DNA of 64,000 nucleotides. It comes from an uncultured Bacteroidota bacterium (GTDB lineage Bacteria; Bacteroidota; Bacteroidia; Flavobacteriales; Flavobacteriaceae). Location of the stretch: NCBI GenBank assembly GCA_902616905.1, contig CACMUP010000001.1:42722-106721 (forward strand). Reading direction: 5' to 3'. Shown here in pieces: positions 47,501 through 57,600 of this stretch; position 1 is the first letter of the stretch; each line of letters opens with the position of its first letter. The position numbers and the translations under genes were made by a program. Under the pieces are notes generated by a model. It made no database searches. It saw only the letters and a program-made list of their open reading frames with translations, and was not told where the DNA came from.

Positions 47501-50500
47501 TCCCAATCATTATTATGCCCAGCTCTTATAAATTCGGTAGTATTTTGCATCCAAAAAGCATGTCTAGCATCGCTATCCCCCCCACTAATTATGTTACTTG
47601 ATTGGGTTTCTGGAAGATATATAGCAACTTTTGTATATGAATTTCTATTGAGTATCGATGTAGAAATTGACTCAGCATAATCATCTGTTTTATCAAAATT
47701 AATTACTCCTCCATTTGTGTTAGAATCATATGAAGGAGAACCGAATAGTGTAAAATTATTTCCATTACCACTGATATCATTCCATAAGGCTCCTGAACCT
47801 GAATATGAATTTGAGTCTGCTGCATCTAGATGAACTACTAAACCGTCCCTTACGATACTTGCGGGAGCTTCCTCACCAACAGATATTATGTAATTTCCAT
47901 TATTTGGAATAGTAAGTGTTGAAAGATCAATAGAGTAGTTCCAAACTGCAGGATTACCTGTATTATCCATTAACGTTTCAGTAATTAGCCCACTAAAACT
48001 TAAAGTAGGAGTACTATTCATAGCTTGACTGAAGGTAGCTGTGACTAAAACCGTATCATTTTCATCAAGAGAATTATCAGGATGATTGTGAGTTAAAATA
48101 ACAGTAGGTGGTTTATAATATGTAAAGGTGATTCTGTCCACTGCGGTTTCATTCCCATCTTGAGCACCAGTGGCATTGGTGTATGTATTCCCGGCAATAT
48201 CGATACCGCCAACTGTAATAAAATAATCTCCATTACTTGGAATCGTAAGTGTTGATAAATCTATAGAGTAGCTCCAAACCGCAGGATCACCCGAATTATT
48301 CATTAATGCATCAGTTATTAGTCCACTAAAACTCAAAGTAGGGGTAATTGTCATAGCATGACTAAAGGTAGCAGTAACTGTGAATGTGTCACTTTCAATA
48401 AGGATATTATCTGGATGATTATGAGTTAAAATAACTGTAGGTGGGTTGTAATATGTAAAGGTGATTCTATCCACTGCAGTTTCGTTACCATCTTGAGCAC
48501 CAGAGGCATTGCTGTATACATTTCCGGCCATATCGCTACCATCAATTGTTACGAAATAATCTCCGTTGTTTGGTATAGTAAGTGTTGATAAATCAATAGA
48601 GTAAGTCCAAACTGCTGGATTAGCAGAATCATCCATCAAAGTATCAGTAATTAGTCCACTAAAACTTAAAGTTGGAGTTCCAGTCATTGCTTCATTAAAG
48701 GTGGCGGTAATTAAGAATGTATCATTAACACCGACAATATTATCAGGGTGGTTATGAGTGAGTTCGACACTTGGAGAAGTCTTATCAACTGTAAATTGAA
48801 TGACGTCCACTCCAGTTTCATTTCCGTTTTGTGTTCCAACAGATATATCATACGTATTAGAAGAGGTGTCAGTAGCAGTAATAGAAATATTGTAAGTATT
48901 TTCTGCCAAGGAGTTCGCTGCAATTGTAAAGTTCCATGTTGATGAATTAACTTTCGACATATCAGAATATGCAGCTCCATTATTCAAGCTATATTTTGCT
49001 AACCCTGAAATAGTTCTATCAAAAGTTGCCGTTACAGTCATGCTTTGTCCAGGACCTATTATATCATCTGAATCTGAGTCTGTAAGAATAACTAGGGGTG
49101 AACAAGCAGAACCCCAACGAGGTTGAAAGGCAGGTTCATTTGCCATTAAACTATTTGAATTAAAATTAGTAGGCTGCGAAACTAAATTCGAGACGCACCA
49201 TCCAGATAGATCTTGATTAAAGTCAGTTGCCCCATTAAACATTTGATCCATATTATTACCTAAAGAACCCTGATTTTGAACATTACTAACATCCCAATTA
49301 TTTAGAGGTTGATCAAAAGCCTTAGCATTTTTGAACATTAAACGCATATCAATATTTTGACCGTCATCTCTCAAAATCCAATCATTTAAAGGCTGATTAA
49401 AGTCTTTCGCACCATCAAACATTTGTTTAAAAATTTTAACATTACTGACATCCCAGTCTTTAATAGAATCACTACCACCATTATTAAAATTTCCACTATT
49501 AGTAGAAGACCTGAACATATTTGACATAGTGGTCACACCCGAGACATTCCAATTCCCAAGATTTTGGTTAAATTTAGTAGCATTTAAAAAAACATTTGCT
49601 AACTGGTTGACACCACTAATATCCCAGTTACTTAATGGCTGGTTGAACTTCTTTGCATCTCTAAACATATTATTTATATTGGTAAGTTCTATAGTCTCCC
49701 AACTATTTAAAGGCTGATCGAATTTTTCTGCAGCTCTAAACATAGAGCCCATATTTCGAACATTCCTAACATCCCAATTATTTAAAGGCCGATTAAATTC
49801 TTTTGCACCACGAAACATTTGATTCATACTGGTTACGTTGCTAACAGTCCATGATTCAATTGGATTACTATTATTACCATTATTAAATATTTGAGCTCCT
49901 CGAAACATCTCACCCATGTTTATAACATTGCTTACATCCCATGATCCTATATCTCTATTGAATTTTCTTGCATCCCAAAACATTGCAAACATTGTTGTAA
50001 CACTACTAACATTCGAGAACATGGAAGGATTTCCACCATTATTGAAATCATGAGCACGGTCGAACATTTTACTCATATTTGTAACTTTAGAAGTGTCCCA
50101 TGTACTTAAATCTTGATCAAAATCGTGAGCATTCCGAAAAAGTTCATACATATTTTCCACATTAGAAGTGTCCCAATTTGAGATATTTTCATTAAATGTT
50201 CCTTTATCCAAAAATAAAGAGCTCATGTCAGTTACTCGAGTAGTACAAACACAGCTCATATTAGCAGGGGTAACAGTTGTACCACCACTTATTGTAAAGC
50301 TACCTGTATCTCTAAATTCTATAAGTGCAGCATTATTAACTACGGTAGAAGTGACAGTTCCGATACCAGGAATGTTAATTTGTTCTTCGTAGCCCACGGG
50401 TAGACCAGGACATTTTACAGTTCCGTTACCATCAATAGTTATGTTCTGCGAGAAAACTGTTCCCCCTGATAATAGAAAAATTAATATGTAAATTAAATTA

Positions 50501-50508
50501 TTCCTCAT
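44587..50508 (-). CDS. giant BspA/DUF285-type leucine-rich-repeat surface protein with LamG-like, Ig-like and thrombospondin-type-3 regions and a T9SS type-B CTD
   Basis: - The ATG at 50508 gives the signal peptide MRNNLIYILIFLLSGGTVFSQ. An upstream ATG at 50541 is an alternative start.
- About 12 repeats of the form NWDVSNV.NM..MF..A..FNQPL..W span about 49100-50210.
- Three 111-aa tandem Ig-like units follow.
- A LamG-like block runs from LVVHLDAADSNSY... to ...LFDGYIPIVLIYNRVLSLSEIQQNY, at about 47205-47850.
- Further Ig-like units follow.
- Asp-rich calcium-binding repeats (DTDFDNDGIGDTEDEDDDNDG...DTDGDGIGDNSD) lie at about 44870-45170.
- The CTD is ...VSIYNRNGFLVFSRVNYQNDWAG....LPAGSYYYIIE....EGWLYLTY. 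Confidence 0.88.
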   Translation of the reverse strand: MRNNLIYILIFLLSGGTVFSQNITIDGNGTVKCPGLPVGYEEQINIPGIGTVTSTVVNNAALIEFRDTGSFTISGGTTVTPANMSCVCTTRVTDMSSLFLDKGTFNENISNWDTSNVENMYELFRNAHDFDQDLSTWDTSKVTNMSKMFDRAHDFNNGGNPSMFSNVSSVTTMFAMFWDARKFNRDIGSWDVSNVINMGEMFRGAQIFNNGNNSNPIESWTVSNVTSMNQMFRGAKEFNRPLNNWDVRNVRNMGSMFRAAEKFDQPLNSWETIELTNINNMFRDAKKFNQPLSNWDISGVNQLANVFLNATKFNQNLGNWNVSGVTTMSNMFRSSTNSGNFNNGGSDSIKDWDVSNVKIFKQMFDGAKDFNQPLNDWILRDDGQNIDMRLMFKNAKAFDQPLNNWDVSNVQNQGSLGNNMDQMFNGATDFNQDLSGWCVSNLVSQPTNFNSNSLMANEPAFQPRWGSACSPLVILTDSDSDDIIGPGQSMTVTATFDRTISGLAKYSLNNGAAYSDMSKVNSSTWNFTIAANSLAENTYNISITATDTSSNTYDISVGTQNGNETGVDVIQFTVDKTSPSVELTHNHPDNIVGVNDTFLITATFNEAMTGTPTLSFSGLITDTLMDDSANPAVWTYSIDLSTLTIPNNGDYFVTIDGSDMAGNVYSNASGAQDGNETAVDRITFTYYNPPTVILTHNHPDNILIESDTFTVTATFSHAMTITPTLSFSGLITDALMNNSGDPAVWSYSIDLSTLTIPSNGDYFITVGGIDIAGNTYTNATGAQDGNETAVDRITFTYYKPPTVILTHNHPDNSLDENDTVLVTATFSQAMNSTPTLSFSGLITETLMDNTGNPAVWNYSIDLSTLTIPNNGNYIISVGEEAPASIVRDGLVVHLDAADSNSYSGSGALWNDISGNGNNFTLFGSPSYDSNTNGGVINFDKTDDYAESISTSILNRNSYTKVAIYLPETQSSNIISGGDSDARHAFWMQNTTEFIRAGHNNDWDRVSFSPGNMLNSWHYSAVSFSDIDGFKLYYNGALEDTDTYNTLSFGNGVVRVGAYIGSNGDNNLFDGYIPIVLIYNRVLSLSEIQQNYNSLAQRYGLTPLGISFKLTDIIGNPYLTSNGVQDGNETSSDEITFAVDVTPLTVTLTDSDVDDIIYPTDSITVTATFSKAVQNSPTINFSGIGPKNITLSSTASQSVWSYVFDFPSLSVPVGQYTLTVSATDLFGFDIQGNENIVFDYRLFTPTITSSDTIDKIFGDPGFDVTATSSSTGAFSFQIADSNVASITATGSVTINGAGTTSITITQAADANFLTASKTITLNVGKANPNIYFPDITKIYGDLDFTITATSSSTGSFSYLIDDPRVASISQSNTLNVIPSTNNVITSTNKSITKSPLNLVSLLLSISGSGSTTISALQAEDPNYNSATATMTLTVLKNNLLNVDWYSTSKITRTFGIPPFELIDPTVPSDYSGVFNFRSSDVTIASISSKDVQINGVGTVTLFADIPADGNYESKTVTVTLEVLKANQSIIIEPLPQEVLKNFASLTVSATSTSGAPVLVSIANGSAANLSGTVGSYVLSNIGTSGVVTLTFTTDASAHPNYNSATVTLAIDVSKFNQNITIDPPGSEFILFEEDLTYDIDAFSDQSFNNLIYEIVSGTNALINGSTLDIFDIGELKIRVSHPGNNEFNAASQTKIITVLQGITKLSNFNIPEKFINDGEFTIPPPDSNRSGAIRYTSSDTDIAEIRGNKIIIKGIGSCSITAVQIGTAQFTSASISTIFIVKDTDFDNDGIGDTEDEDDDNDGRTDQEEFEEGTDPYNRDTDEDLLEDGDENEIGTDPNDIDTDKDGIIDGLDAFPLDPNESVDTDGDGIGDNSDNDANDDGFSDGEIFVSGLVTPGVIGSEGTWKIMNLENYPNARVSIYNRNGFLVFSRVNYQNDWAGTFDQTGDLLPAGSYYYIIEVPGMEVIEGWLYLTY
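47870..48785 (-). repeat. three tandem 333-bp (111-aa) coding repeats
   Basis: The landmark ATGAGT.. recurs at 48087, 48420 and 48753 at exactly 333-bp spacing. The protein units (PPTVILTHNHPDN...TATFS.AM..TPTLSFSGLITD.LM.....PAVW.YSIDLSTLTIP.NG.Y......D.AGN.Y.NA.GAQDGNETAVDRITFTYY) are highly similar but not identical. The third unit is truncated where the LamG-like region begins. Confidence 0.85.
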
Positions 50509-51376
50509 CGTTGTTTTCTGTTTCTTCCTCTTCTGAGACATTATTTTTCCCCAAGTTCATTCTTATGAATATCTCGTGTGTTGGTTTATTGATCGCATAT
50601 TTGGGAGATCCACTATAAAATTCATAACCGTATCCCCATTGAAATCCGTTCTTGTATTTAGATCCAAAAAAAACGGATGCATTATCATTATTTGAAAATC
50701 CCGCTCCTAGTGAAAACTTATCATTGAAAACAAAACTTAGATTACCACTTATAAAATTGGGTAAATCTGAAATGGATCTATAAATAAAAAGTGGATCAAC
50801 ACTTAATTTATTACCTAATCTTAATTTAAATCCTCCTGTAAAATGAAGTAAAGTTAGGTCTCGAGCAGACGGTTCAAGATCGCCATTGTTTTGGAATCTT
50901 TTAATATTGAAAACGTTTGGTGTTCCTATGCCAATAAAAAAATTAGGATCTATAATTGTAAAACCTAATCCGAACATTGGATTAAAATAACTCCCTACAT
51001 TTGAAAGTAATGGATTGGGTTCATTAAATATTCTTGGAATTTTATCAATATTAATGTTATTGTAAAAACCTCCTGCTTTAATTCCAAGATAAATTGATGT
51101 TTCTTTATCTAATTTTAGTTTATAATTATAATCTAATGACAAGTAAGTTTTACTTTCTACAAATACTCGATCATTTAGAGCTGAAATTCCTAGATGAACA
51201 TTCTTTTTTGAGGGCAGTTGGTATAATAAGAAGTTGGTTGTAGGAGCCTGGTCAATACCCGCCATTTGAATTCTAGAGTTTAGAGCCAGTAATGGACCAT
51301 CAACACCTGTAAAAGCTGGATTAAATACACTTAAATTGCTTCTAGAGAAAATAATGCTTGACTGTTGACCACTCAA
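50498..51376 (-). CDS. PorP/SprF-family T9SS outer-membrane protein (start problematic; probably extends to about 51439)
   Basis: SGQQSSIIFSRSNLSVFNPAFTG...RIQMAGIDQAPTT... and the C-terminal ...KPTHEIFIRMNLG are typical of PorP/SprF. The track ORF starts at TTG 51376 and lacks a signal peptide. The in-frame upstream sequence encodes one (see findings). Its stop overlaps the ATG at 50508 of the downstream cargo gene by 11 nt. Confidence 0.8.
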   Translation of the reverse strand: MSGQQSSIIFSRSNLSVFNPAFTGVDGPLLALNSRIQMAGIDQAPTTNFLLYQLPSKKNVHLGISALNDRVFVESKTYLSLDYNYKLKLDKETSIYLGIKAGGFYNNINIDKIPRIFNEPNPLLSNVGSYFNPMFGLGFTIIDPNFFIGIGTPNVFNIKRFQNNGDLEPSARDLTLLHFTGGFKLRLGNKLSVDPLFIYRSISDLPNFISGNLSFVFNDKFSLGAGFSNNDNASVFFGSKYKNGFQWGYGYEFYSGSPKYAINKPTHEIFIRMNLGKNNVSEEEETENNDEE

Positions 51377-51478
51377 ATTAAAAGGCAGGAGTGAAATAGT
51401 TAAAACACAGATTACGCTTTTAAATAGAATAGTTTTGATTTTTTAAATATTTTATGATTTCTCTTGTGATAACTAAAC

Positions 51479-51510
51479 AAAAATAAAAAAACCAAAAAAA
51501 TTAAAAAAAA
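51479..51510. promoter_or_regulatory. phased A-tracts (likely intrinsically bent DNA) in a divergent promoter region
   Basis: A5 (51479-83), A7 (51485-91), A7 (51494-500) and A8 (51503-10), with roughly 9-bp spacing between the last three. They lie between the divergent PorP-like gene and the 2101-aa gene. Confidence 0.3.
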
Positions 51511-51600
51511 TTGTTCAAAGATATTCCATAGAACTTTCAAAACAGCTGAATTTCACTCTTTTAGTGAGAATTTAATAAATTTATAGTTCCAGTTTTAATT

Positions 51601-54600
51601 ATGATTCATAATTGTAAAAAATTTTGTTGGCTACTAATATTGTTATTTCTCCCAATAGCTTTATTTTCTCAAGCTAGTAGGTATCATTATATACCTCCTT
51701 TAGCGGCTCCCTCAGAAGCAGGAAGTAATGCAGATGATTTTCAAGCTCAATGGATATATATTTCCACATCTAGTAATGATCCAGTAAATTATACAATTTG
51801 GCCTCTTCCATTGAGTAATGCAACAAAAATTACAGGTACTGTTGATAAATTAAGTCCTACAGAAGCAATTGTAGAAAATAGGGATTATTATAGAATCCCG
51901 ACGGGTAATAGTTTTGGTCAACTCTTCATAACTGCTGCATCAACAGGAAATGAAATCTCAGATAAAGGCTATTACATTGAAGCAGATGCTCCCATTTATG
52001 TAAATATTAGATACCGAGCTAGTGCCCAAGCAAGTGGACTTGTAAGTAAGGGTGTGGCAGCACTTGGTAAATCATTTCGTGCTGGGGGGTTTACAAATGG
52101 TATTCCTTCTGATGTTCATTACTTAAATTTTTCTTCAGTGATGGCAGTTGAAGAAGGAACAACTACTGTGACTTTTAGTGATATAAACAATAATGCAGGT
52201 AATGGATATGCTGATATGGAAAACATTGTAGAGGTATATGATGATGATGGAAATGTTGACGATATTGTTATAACTCTGAATCAATATGAAACTTATATTA
52301 TAGCTACAAGAGTACCACCAAACACCAATACTGAAAATCCTCCCACATCAAACCCAGGCTCACCATATCCGATAACTAATCGAGACGCCCTTATCGGGAT
52401 GTTAATTGAATCAGATAAAAATATTGCTGTTATAACAGGTGGGTCTAATGGTAGTATGACAGAGTCAGGTACAGGAAGAGACCATGGTGTAGACCAAATT
52501 GTGGGTCTTGATAAAATAGGAAATGAATTTATTTTTATAGAGGGAAACCCAAATTCTGGTGATGATTATGATAATGCATTGATTGTTGCTCATGAGGATG
52601 ATACTGCAATTTTTTTAAATGGAAGTAACTCAGCGACAGTAACACTTACAGCTGGCCAGTATTTTTCAATAGAAGGGGATCAATATTCTAATGCTGCTGG
52701 TGGAGGAAATATATATGTTAGAACCTCAAAAAATGCATATGCTTATCAAGCAGTTACTAATGGGAGTACCGCAAATACAGATATGTATTTTGTGCCTCCA
52801 TTATCGTGTACTAGTAATGAAACCGTAGAAACAATACCCCAAATTAGAAATGCGGCTAGTGCTACTTGGAGCACCTTTGTAACAATTGTTGCTCCAGCTA
52901 CTGCTTCAGTTACTCTTGTAGATCAAAATAATACAACACCAACATGGACTGGTGATTTTACAACAGGAGGAGTGTCAATCAATAATATTAGTGGTTCTGC
53001 AACTGGTGCTGAAAAAAGCTTTGGGAGAGCAATAACTGGAAATGCAAGCTATACAACATATAAAATAAGCGGTTTAGTAGGAAACGTATCTATATTTTCT
53101 AACTATCCTGATGGCAGTAAAGCTGAATTGTATGCTGCATATTATAATTCAAGTGGGGTTGCTACTGCAGGAGCATTTTATTCTGGTTTTCCATCACCCC
53201 CGGATAATAATTTCAATGCTGCAGCTTCTTCATCAGTTGGGAATTGTATACCAAATATAAATTTAAGTATTTCTAATGCTTCGGATTTCGATAGTTTTGA
53301 GTGGGAGTTTTGGGATGGTCAGGGAGCTATAAATTACTCAACTGTTGGTGGAGCTAATTCATCAACTATAACTCCAACAAACACTGGATTTTACAGAGCT
53401 GTTGGTTTGATTAGCTGTGGAGCAAAAAATTTTCGTCTAGAGTCTCCCCCAAAAAAAGTGAGTAATTGCCCTTTAGATACTGATGGAGACGGCATAATAA
53501 ATAATATAGATGTAGATATTGATCAGGACGGTATTTATAATTCTGTTGAATCCAGATCAATTGACCGCCTTGATATCTCAAATCTTAGTGATCCTACAAT
53601 TGTTTTTTCTGATACAACAACTGAAACTTCAATTTTATCTGGAGCCTTTACAAATAACGGCGGTGGTATTTCATTAACAGGACAATCATCAGGAGCATTT
53701 GTCTCCACAATTAATAGTGCAGTAGGAACTAAAAATGGAACCTACACTGTTTCTTTTACCCAGCCTTCAAACATTGTGTTATATGAGGATACTAATTTTA
53801 CACATTCCCTTCAAGCGGGGGAAAAATATTCAATTAGTGTTTTGCCCGCATCACTCACATTAACTCTTCTTGATCCTGGAGATGAACTTAAAGTTGATAC
53901 AAATCAAAACGGAATTTATGATTCAAGTACAATTACAGTTACCTCTAATGAAATTCTTTTCACTTTTGATACTAGTGTCTCCGCAGCAAATAGGTTTTCA
54001 TTTCATTCAGATGGAATTACTCAGTTTACCTTCAAACATATTACAGAAAATACTTCAGGTAACTCAGTCTTTAACGGAGTATTATCGATGAAATTCTTGC
54101 CACTAGATACAGATTCAGACCTGATATATAACCATCTTGACCGTGACAGCGATGAAGATGGATGTTTTGATACTGTTGAAGCAGGGTTTACTGATGGTGA
54201 CTCAAATGGAAGGCTTGGGACAAATCCAATTACTGTTGATGGAATGTTAGCTGCTGAGCCTGGTAAAGTAAACAATCAAGGTGAGGGATACACAACACCT
54301 AACGATTTAAATTCAAATGCTGTAATGGACTTTTTGGAAAATACTGTTGCACCTTCATTTTCGACAGAGCCAATAGATACTGAGATTTGCCTCGGAGAGA
54401 ACGTTACATTTACCTCCGTTGGAAATCAACTAGGCTTGAACTTCAGATGGCAAAAATATAATGGTGTTAGTGGAAATTGGGAAGATTTAAGTAATGACGC
54501 GATTTATTCAGGTGTTAATTCTCAAAATCTAGTTTTAACTTCACCACCTATATCTTTAGATAATAACTCATTTAGAGTTGCTATAAGTAGAGATGAGTAT

Positions 54601-57600
54601 GTATGTTCTACACTTTCAACATCAGCGACTCTTGACCTAATTGATCCTGGACTCAATGTGAGTGGCACACCACTGAGTCTAAACGAGGGAGGCTCAGGGG
54701 ATACATTTACAGTTGTTTTAACAGATGTTCCTAGCAGCACAGTTAAAATTAATTTTACAGCTACACCAGATGGTAATTTTACTGTAGATAAAAGTTCAAT
54801 AAGTTTTGATAGTTCAAATTGGAATACACCACAGTCAATTAACTTAGATGCCATTGACGAACCATTGGTCGATGGAACGGTTACAGCTTCATTAAGATTA
54901 GAAATGGATCCTATTTCTGATGGATGCTTCAGTTCAATTGGGCCTTCAGATTATGATGTAACAATTTTAAATAATGACAATGCTGGATGGGATGTGTCAG
55001 AGATTATTGTTTCGGATCTAGATTCCATATCAATTCCAATAGACTCAACTTCAGTTTCAACATCAAAAAGATTTTTACTTGATCCCGCATCTGTTACAGA
55101 AAATAATCCTGAAACAGCAGAATTTTCAATTGTTTTAACTTCTCAGCCCCTAAGTAATGTTTATGTGGATATTATAAACAATGATTCTACGGAAAAAACA
55201 TTAAGTACAGTAAGCTTAACATTCACAAACTCAAATTGGAATGTTTCTCAAACCATAATGATTAGCAGTGAAGATGACAATTTGGTTGATGGAGATCAAA
55301 ACACATCTATTACCGCACAAATTAATGCTGCATCTGATCCAGCGTTTTTAGCATTAGCTCCTGAAAATAGGTCTGTCATAACTATTGATAATGATATTGG
55401 AGACTTTGTTATGAGTGAAGTTAATGGCAATTTAAAAGAAGAACCACCTTTGAATTCAGTTAGTTTCACAGTCACTTTAACAGCAGAACCCTCATCTGAT
55501 GTAACGATATATTTTACAAGTAGTGACCTTTCAGAAGCTACAATAATAAATTCATCTCTAACTTTTAGTTCTCTAAACTGGAATATACCACAAACAGTCA
55601 ATTTGCAAAGTGTTGATGACCTTATATTCGACGATAATCAAACAACAATAATCACTGGATCAGTCAGTTCAAGCTCTGATATATCATTTACAGGAGCTGA
55701 GGATAAAACTGTCGAAGTAATAACAGAAGATAACGAGGAAGTAGGGGTTGTTGTGAATGTTCTTGACAATTTGACAAGTGAATCAGGTGATACTGGTTCA
55801 TTTGAAATATATTTAGACACCGAACCTATAGCCGAAGTTTTTATAGATTTAAGTTCTTCAAATGAACAGGAGGGAATATTAGCATCTCCAGTGATATCGT
55901 TTAATTCTTCAAACTGGAATATTCCTCAGCGTGTAATTGTAACTGGTATAGACGATGACCCCCCGGTGAGTGATGGTGCAATAGATTATGTTATTGTGAC
56001 TGGCAATGTATCATCAACAGATACTAATTATAATAAACTTGATGGATCCACAATTGACGATGTATCAATGTCTAATCAAGATAATGACTCCCCAGGAATA
56101 ATTTTAACTGTAGTTGATGATGATTTTTCAACTAGTGAAAGTGGTGATTATGTTGTTGTACATTTTAGTTTATTATCAAAACCTAATGGTGGTGAAAGTG
56201 TGAATATACCACTAAGTCTCGAGGGGCCAATAAATGAAATGATTTTGTCAACAAATTCTTTAACCATATTAGCTGACAATTGGAATCTTCCAGGCTCAAA
56301 TGTTGTAACCATAACTGGGGTAGATGATTTTTTTGCCGATGGTAATCAAGAGATTACTCTAATTACAGGTGACCCAACTTCTGGAGATAGTTTTTATGAA
56401 AGTATTGAAGCTGATGAGGTCTCAAATCCTATACTTACAAATGAAGATGATGATATCGCTCAACTTTTTGTAAGTCTCACAGACAATGTTTCGGAAAACG
56501 GAACTAATTCTATTCTAAATGTTCGTTTAACATCACAAATTAATAAAGACGTAATTTTAAAAATAGATGTTTTAGATGAATCAGAATTAATTGTAGGATT
56601 ATCAGAATTAGTATATACAAAGGATAATTGGAATATTGATCAACAAATAATTATAACAGGTAAAGATGATCCTATTATCGATGGAGACATAAGTTCAGAG
56701 ATTCTTATTTCAGTAGATGATATTAATTCAGATGAAACATACATCTTATTGTCTCCAACCTCTGTTTTTGTAATTAATTTAGACAATGATGATTTAGATG
56801 GTGATGGAATAATAAACAGTGATGATAATTGTCCCGAAACAAGTAATACAGGTCAGGAAGATCTTGATGGAGATAATATAGGTGATGTATGTGATATTGA
56901 TATTGATGGCGACGGAGTAACAAATGATAAAGAGCAGGATGATAACACTGATCCGAGAAATAATTGTAGTTATTTTCAAGATAGTATTAAATTAATTGTA
57001 ACTAGTGCCCCTGATTGTGATTTCGACGGAATTGAGAATAGTATAGACCAAGACGATGATAATGACGGTATATCAGATGTGATCGAAACAAACTTAGATT
57101 TTGATCTGGATGGAATACCAAATAGTATCGATTTAGATAGTGATAATGACGGCTGTTTTGACGCAGTTGAATCTGGCTTTAATGATCCAGATAATGATGG
57201 CTTGATAGGTGAATCCCCATTATTGGTTGATAGGAATGGACTTGTTTTAAATCAAAATAGTTATAATGATTTACCAAGAGATCTAAATAATAATGGAATA
57301 TATGATTTCTTAGAGATCTTAGAAGTTCCTGAAATTTTGTCTCCAGAAGACGATTTTGTTGAAATAATTCCAGGAGAGTCAGTAACATTGACTTATTCAT
57401 ATTCTGATATATCCTATTCTTACCAATGGCAAATTAAAAGAGAATCAGAGGATTGGATTGATTTAAATGAAGATTTTAATTATAGGGGGGTTATCACCCC
57501 AGAATTAGAGCTTACTAATCCAACTGCACAATATGTAGGTTATAAGTTTAGGTTGAAAATTGATCGTTTATTTAATTCTTGTCCACTTATTGTAGTTACT

